The position numbers and the translations under genes are program-made. From the sequence record PQ471515.1: a stretch of 64,000 nt of DNA; one strand, given 5' to 3'. This document shows positions 59,530 through 64,000 of this stretch, one piece after another; the stretch's first letter is position 1; each line of letters begins with the position of its first letter. A model generated the notes under the pieces. The model was given only the letters and a program-made list of their open reading frames with translations, was not told the origin of the DNA and did not search any database.

Positions 59530-59949
59530 ATGCTTAGATTTATACATTACTTAATCAGTAAGTTCTTTGGTTATTATACTATTGAAGGTAAAGCTACGCT
59601 TGCACATAAAATCTTTGTAGCATTATGTGTGGGTGATTATGACGTATTGAATAAGCACTGTAAATCTAAAGCATGTATTGACATAATGGCACTTCGTATC
59701 TATGAGTGTCAGTTCAATAGATATAATTTTTACCAGTACAGATATGATAAAGATGATTTTGATAGCATTAAAATGCTAAAGAATTTATGTAATAATAAAA
59801 AGAATATGCATATATCTGAATTTGTTGCATTGTATTTTTATTTAAAAAGTTCATTATACATGAATACACTACAACGCTTCGATACTAGAATTAATGTATT
59901 CAACGATAAAGAATTTTATATCTATGATAAATTTTTAGATAAGGTTTAA
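59530..59949 (+). CDS. Hypothetical protein
   Basis: 139 aa. Confidence 0.6.
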   Translation: MLRFIHYLISKFFGYYTIEGKATLAHKIFVALCVGDYDVLNKHCKSKACIDIMALRIYECQFNRYNFYQYRYDKDDFDSIKMLKNLCNNKKNMHISEFVALYFYLKSSLYMNTLQRFDTRINVFNDKEFYIYDKFLDKV

Positions 59950-59950
59950 T

Positions 59951-60448
59951 ATGACAACTGTTTATATTGATAAACGCTTGGGAGTATTACTTACTGATTC
60001 AAAAGTGACATCAACTGAGCAACGTTCATTTTTGAACCTATTCCCGTTGAAGCCAAAACTTAGTTATGGTGTAGTTTCACAAAAAACATTGTATGTACAC
60101 GACCGACTGTTTAGTGCTTGCGGTGAGGTTAGTGAAATTAACAAAGTACTGAGATACTTGATTTCACAAGAGACTGTGATACCAGACCGCAAGGCGAGTT
60201 GTCACTGTGTTCTTGTGTCAAAAGATTACATCATTCACTTAATCGTTAATAAGGGTAAGTTTACCAAGAAGATTGATTATCTCCATAATGATTATACATT
60301 CTTTATGGGTAGTGGTGGTGAATACATGCTTGATGCAGCAGTACATGAAGAGTATAATACTCTTCTTGATAAGGTATTTGATACCTTCATGGATGTTCAT
60401 AACCATGATATCTATACCGATGATAATATTAATGTATACCGTTTTTGA
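59951..60448 (+). CDS. Ntn-hydrolase, proteasome-beta/HslV-like peptidase
   Basis: N-terminal (M)TT, LL.DSKVT, FSACGEV, FMGSGGEYM. Confidence 0.6.
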   Translation: MTTVYIDKRLGVLLTDSKVTSTEQRSFLNLFPLKPKLSYGVVSQKTLYVHDRLFSACGEVSEINKVLRYLISQETVIPDRKASCHCVLVSKDYIIHLIVNKGKFTKKIDYLHNDYTFFMGSGGEYMLDAAVHEEYNTLLDKVFDTFMDVHNHDIYTDDNINVYRF

Positions 60449-60470
60449 TTTCATTCATTAGGAGAAGTAA

Positions 60471-61436
60471 GTGAAAAAGCTTGATTTAAATGCAATTTCT
60501 GAAGAAGTACTGGATGAGTGTTTTGCTAGTGAAGAAGTCAACGTATTAGAGGCTCTTGATTCCGTAGAAGAAGAAGAACATGACGGTCACAAGTTTGAGA
60601 AACCAAAAACAGGTATCAGCTTAACTCGCCCTAAAGGGATAACGAATGAAATGCTCATCCAAGCAGTGCGTGATGGCATAGACGTTAAAAAGAACATTGA
60701 CCTTTTGGTTCGCTACAACTATCCAATGGTAGTAAGTGTTGCACGTAAGTGTACATGTTTTATCCCATTTGAAGATAAGATTTCTTATGGTGTTGAAGGT
60801 TTAATGCGAGCAATTCATACGTTCGACACTACCAAAAATGTTAAGTTCATTACATATGCAACAACAACTGTGTACATGACAATCTATAACGAAAGTGCAG
60901 ATGCTAATTATCTAGTGCATTTCCCACGTTATATGAGTGTTAATAACATTTATGTGAAACGTTGTGTTGAAGAGTATCAAAGGAAACATGGTAAATACCC
61001 AACTCCTGAGATGGTGTCAAAAGAGACTGGTATTGAGATTCAACACGTTAAGAATTGTCTAACTTACAATAACACTTATGTAGCATTGAATATGAAAATG
61101 AGTAATGATTCAGAAAGTACATTATCTGACATTGTTACTTCAGTTGAACCTGATTACAACTTAGGTGTAGAAACTGTCAGTACCCCACTGGTACAAAGTA
61201 TTGCAGAAATGATGAGTAACCTATCTACCAAAGACCGTGAATTGATTGAACGTGTACATGGTATTGGTTCTTATTCTGAACCAGAAACGCTACGAGAAAT
61301 CATTGAGAGTGGTTTTGAAGATGAGAAGGGTAAGGTCATGACTGCTCGTTCTTCATTGCACCGTAAGTACTCTGAAGCAATGGAACGACTGCGTAAGATG
61401 GTTAAGACAAAAGGTTATGAGTTCGAAGATTTTTAA
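60471..61436 (+). CDS. Sigma70-family RNA polymerase sigma factor
   Basis: Region 2 N..MVVSVARK..D....G..GL.RAI..FD.....KF.TYA; region 3 G..PT.E.....TG; region 4 LS.K.RELI....G....TL.EI; GTG start. Confidence 0.85.
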   Translation: MKKLDLNAISEEVLDECFASEEVNVLEALDSVEEEEHDGHKFEKPKTGISLTRPKGITNEMLIQAVRDGIDVKKNIDLLVRYNYPMVVSVARKCTCFIPFEDKISYGVEGLMRAIHTFDTTKNVKFITYATTTVYMTIYNESADANYLVHFPRYMSVNNIYVKRCVEEYQRKHGKYPTPEMVSKETGIEIQHVKNCLTYNNTYVALNMKMSNDSESTLSDIVTSVEPDYNLGVETVSTPLVQSIAEMMSNLSTKDRELIERVHGIGSYSEPETLREIIESGFEDEKGKVMTARSSLHRKYSEAMERLRKMVKTKGYEFEDF

Positions 61437-61440
61437 GATT

Positions 61441-61471
61441 AAAGGGTTGACTTCGGTCAGCCCTTTTTTTT
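61441..61471 (+). terminator. Rho-independent terminator
   Basis: AAAGGGTTGAC-TTCG-GTCAGCCCTTT plus T-run. Confidence 0.9.
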
Positions 61472-61473
61472 AT

Positions 61474-61501
61474 GGGACAAATTTATTAATGGTGATACAA
61501 T
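61474..61501 (+). promoter_or_regulatory. Class-2 promoter GGGACA-N13-TGA-TACAAT
   Basis: Directly precedes a 500-nt ORF-free structured region. Confidence 0.6.
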
Positions 61502-61507
61502 GATCTA

Positions 61508-61995
61508 TGTACAATCACAATGACAGTACTGGTACTGACAATCTTCCCCTACTTCACTTGAAAATGTAAAGGATAGATGAGCTTTTCATTGTAGCGAACA
61601 GCAAAAGAAACCCGTTAGATGTGGGCATAGTTTGAACCCCTCACGGCAATGCGGCTGTATAAAGAACCACGTTAGGATAGCTGGTGGTTCCTCGATAGAC
61701 ATATAAGGATAACACCTTACGAATTATCTAAGGGAGAGTTATCGAATTTTGTACAGGAAAGTTGCGTCCAAAATTTGAGTACTCACATTAAGTATTTGAT
61801 TGCATAGATACTTAATGAAGATACACTATGTTTAAAAGTGTAGACCGTCATATGAAACTGAAGTAGAGAGAAACAGGATGACCCGCTTTCGCACTCGTTA
61901 TGAGTAATCTTCAATGCAATAGCTCTGATACCATCAGCGTCAAATTTCCCTCCGTGCGGGGGGGGGAAGAAAAATCCCTTCCTCAAATCCCGTCA
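61508..61995 (+). ncRNA. Candidate large structured ncRNA (about 490 nt)
   Basis: No credible ORF; many stems, e.g. CATTAAGTAT/ATACTTAATG and TACACT/AGTGTA. Confidence 0.45.
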
Positions 61996-62101
61996 ATATT
62001 AAAAGTCCTTGACAGTTATGATTCATTCGCGTAGAATACGTAGTATTAGAAGCGAACAGACATCTCGAAGAGATGGATGATTAACCACTAAGGAATATCT
62101 A

Positions 62102-62311
62102 ATGAATTCAGTAATCTTTTTAATTATTGCTCTTTCACCACAATCTGGTGTACAAATCACCCCAATGAATTCAATGAATCAATGCATTGCAGTACGTGAC
62201 AGTACGTATGAACAAGTAAACAGCGTTTCACTTAGAACAGTTGGTGAAGAATTAATGTGGTGTTACAATAGTAATACTAAAGAAAAACTAATTGTTGGAC
62301 AAACAGAATGA
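62102..62311 (+). CDS. Small exported hypothetical protein
   Basis: Hydrophobic N-terminus, TTGACA..TAGAAT promoter upstream. Confidence 0.7.
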   Translation: MNSVIFLIIALSPQSGVQITPMNSMNQCIAVRDSTYEQVNSVSLRTVGEELMWCYNSNTKEKLIVGQTE

Positions 62312-62535
62312 GTTATGGTGTTCGTTTTGAGATTCGTTCTATTGTTATCAATGACGAGAAACAAGCATCGTTGGATGACGATATACGAGAACTATATCTA
62401 TCATGTATCCGTGCAAAATCTGAAGCAGATGCATTATCACAAATGATTGGTTTTAATTTCTTTCATGGATACTATTTGGTACGAGTTATCGAAGTTAAAA
62501 AAGTCACTTTTGAGTGTCTTGCTGGAGAAATATAA
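62308..62535 (+). CDS. Hypothetical protein
   Basis: 75 aa, coupled. Confidence 0.65.
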   Translation: MSYGVRFEIRSIVINDEKQASLDDDIRELYLSCIRAKSEADALSQMIGFNFFHGYYLVRVIEVKKVTFECLAGEI

Positions 62536-62536
62536 A

Positions 62537-63331
62537 ATGAGCACTATAGATGAATTGATTCGCCGGAATTCAAAATACTACGAACCATCAGAAATTGTCG
62601 GCAACATTACTAAATCTGAGTTCGGACCAAATACTCGAAAACTCATTCATGTAATGTCACGTGATGGCTTTAAATGTGATTGTTGTGGTGAATCCAATGT
62701 GGTATTCACTTTACATAAGCACAGTACTAAAGACCGTTATAAATTCAGACCTTATGTACTTAAAGGGAAACGCCTTGTACGCATGACGTTAGACCATAAT
62801 GTACTAGACTGTCTTCAGGGCGGTAATGATAAAGAGAACATGACTGCATTGTGTGAGGATTGTAACGCATTACGCCAGCATAAGTTTGCTGAGTACAGTG
62901 AGTTTAAGTACTGGTATCATAACGCAGATCGTTCCATCGAGCCTGACGTTAACTACTGCTTCATTGAGTACATTAAGAATGCAAAAGATACATACATTCT
63001 AAAATCAATGTCACCTATTACAGTGTTCCCTGAGAATCTATTCAGTACTATGCAGCGTGATTTTAAACGTGGTATCATTAATGCATTCAAACACTTAGAC
63101 AAAGGTATCAAGCACTTTGAGGTGCAATGCTTAAATGAAGGAATGAATCGTTTAGTACAAATTTACATGAAATCATTTATAGGTGTTGACACCGCACGTC
63201 TACCAGTATATAATTACTTTATTGAAAGCGAAGAAGGTGAATCACTTCGTGATTATGGTGAAAGATTTAATAATAAAGTTTTCACTGCAATCGCAAACGA
63301 GATTCATTACTATAAACCATATGTAATTTAA
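62537..63331 (+). CDS. HNH (McrA-like, Cys-coordinated) nuclease domain protein
   Basis: CDCCG..MTLDH......GG....N...LCEDCN; start moved to 62537. Confidence 0.7.
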   Translation: MSTIDELIRRNSKYYEPSEIVGNITKSEFGPNTRKLIHVMSRDGFKCDCCGESNVVFTLHKHSTKDRYKFRPYVLKGKRLVRMTLDHNVLDCLQGGNDKENMTALCEDCNALRQHKFAEYSEFKYWYHNADRSIEPDVNYCFIEYIKNAKDTYILKSMSPITVFPENLFSTMQRDFKRGIINAFKHLDKGIKHFEVQCLNEGMNRLVQIYMKSFIGVDTARLPVYNYFIESEEGESLRDYGERFNNKVFTAIANEIHYYKPYVI

Positions 63332-63345
63332 TTAGAGGATATATC

Positions 63346-63528
63346 ATGCAAATCATCATTCTTATCGTAGGTATCATTCTTGGTGTATATGGTCACTCCT
63401 GGATGAACGAGAAGTTCCCTAATACCCGTCCTGAGTATTGCAGTACTAATGTATTCCAGAATAGTGATAAACCAAAGGATAGTATTGGTAAGAAACTGGA
63501 CAAAGTACTTGACGTAATCAACGAATAA
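63346..63528 (+). CDS. Small membrane-anchored protein
   Basis: N-terminal TM. Confidence 0.7.
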   Translation: MQIIILIVGIILGVYGHSWMNEKFPNTRPEYCSTNVFQNSDKPKDSIGKKLDKVLDVINE

Positions 63529-63537
63529 GGGTAAAGT

Positions 63538-63738
63538 ATGTTTAAATCAAATACAAATGTTGGTAAGAAGGTTCAATTACTTGAGGATGTATCCACTATG
63601 AGTGGAACCTTCACTAAAGGTCACATCATGACTATTATTGCCGAAACATCCCGTGGGTGGGATTTGGAAGATGCTGATGGTAATCGCATCCTTGAGGCTG
63701 GATTCTATGGTCATCGTGAATATAAAATCATTGATTAA
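63538..63738 (+). CDS. Small SH3-like hypothetical protein
   Basis: 66 aa, beta-rich. Confidence 0.65.
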   Translation: MFKSNTNVGKKVQLLEDVSTMSGTFTKGHIMTIIAETSRGWDLEDADGNRILEAGFYGHREYKIID

Positions 63739-63834
63739 GGATGCAACATGACTTTAGAGATTGTCTTTGGTATTGTTAGCTTAGTCGTCTGTGTGGGTTG
63801 GTTTGGGTATCTGATGATTTTTGGTGATTAATAC

Positions 63835-63869
63835 TTGACATAAGATATCAGTACTGTATAATGTTTATA
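63835..63869 (+). promoter_or_regulatory. Sigma70-type promoter with AGTACT in the spacer
   Basis: TTGACATAAGATATCAGTACTGTATAAT; a truncated ORF follows at 63908. Confidence 0.75.
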
Positions 63870-64000
63870 TCAAACGACACCCACTTTAACAAATAATAGG
63901 AAATATTATGTCTTTTACCAAAGAAGAACGTGACCTTATTAAAAAAGCAATCTGGTTTTATGCTAATGAAGGGGAGTGCGATGAAGAAAAAGCACGTGAA

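Noticed and set aside
61958-61966. G9 homopolymer as a phase-variation tract
   Set aside because: It is non-coding and pairs with the upstream TTCCCTCC as a hairpin stem; no ORF depends on its length.

Overview
This is an AT-rich (about one-third GC by eye), densely coding segment of a lytic T4-like jumbo myophage, most likely of the enterobacterial GAP32/RaK2/121Q-type group (inferred from gene content; no database search was run). Nearly all genes are on the + strand. 0-24 kb holds replication and host-mimic genes: DHFR, RNase H, Dda helicase, IF3, ClpS-like, two-subunit topoisomerase II, a truncated DnaE fragment, GroES, clamp loader, a TelA pair and an exonuclease. These are interleaved with late operons marked by (T)ATAAATA/TAAATA, including a T4 T-like holin and a large structural protein. 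24-64 kb is an early/accessory region with sigma70-type promoters, a C5 DNA methyltransferase, a tRNA cluster, two HNH proteins, an Ntn-hydrolase and a sigma70-family factor. The patterns not explained by standard annotation are: (1) about 21 highly divergent paralogues sharing a C-terminal T/S-E-E-x-x-F-Q-x-S-x-V/I-x-D motif; (2) a several-fold, frame-independent excess of the palindrome AGTACT, extended to TTCAGTACTGAA and built into promoters; (3) structurally aberrant tRNA-like RNAs and other structured intergenic RNAs; (4) a MTHEEW micro-protein family; (5) a second promoter class, GRRACA-N13-TGA-TAYAAT; (6) hairpins displaying anti-Shine-Dalgarno loops. No CRISPR array, integrase or IS element was seen.
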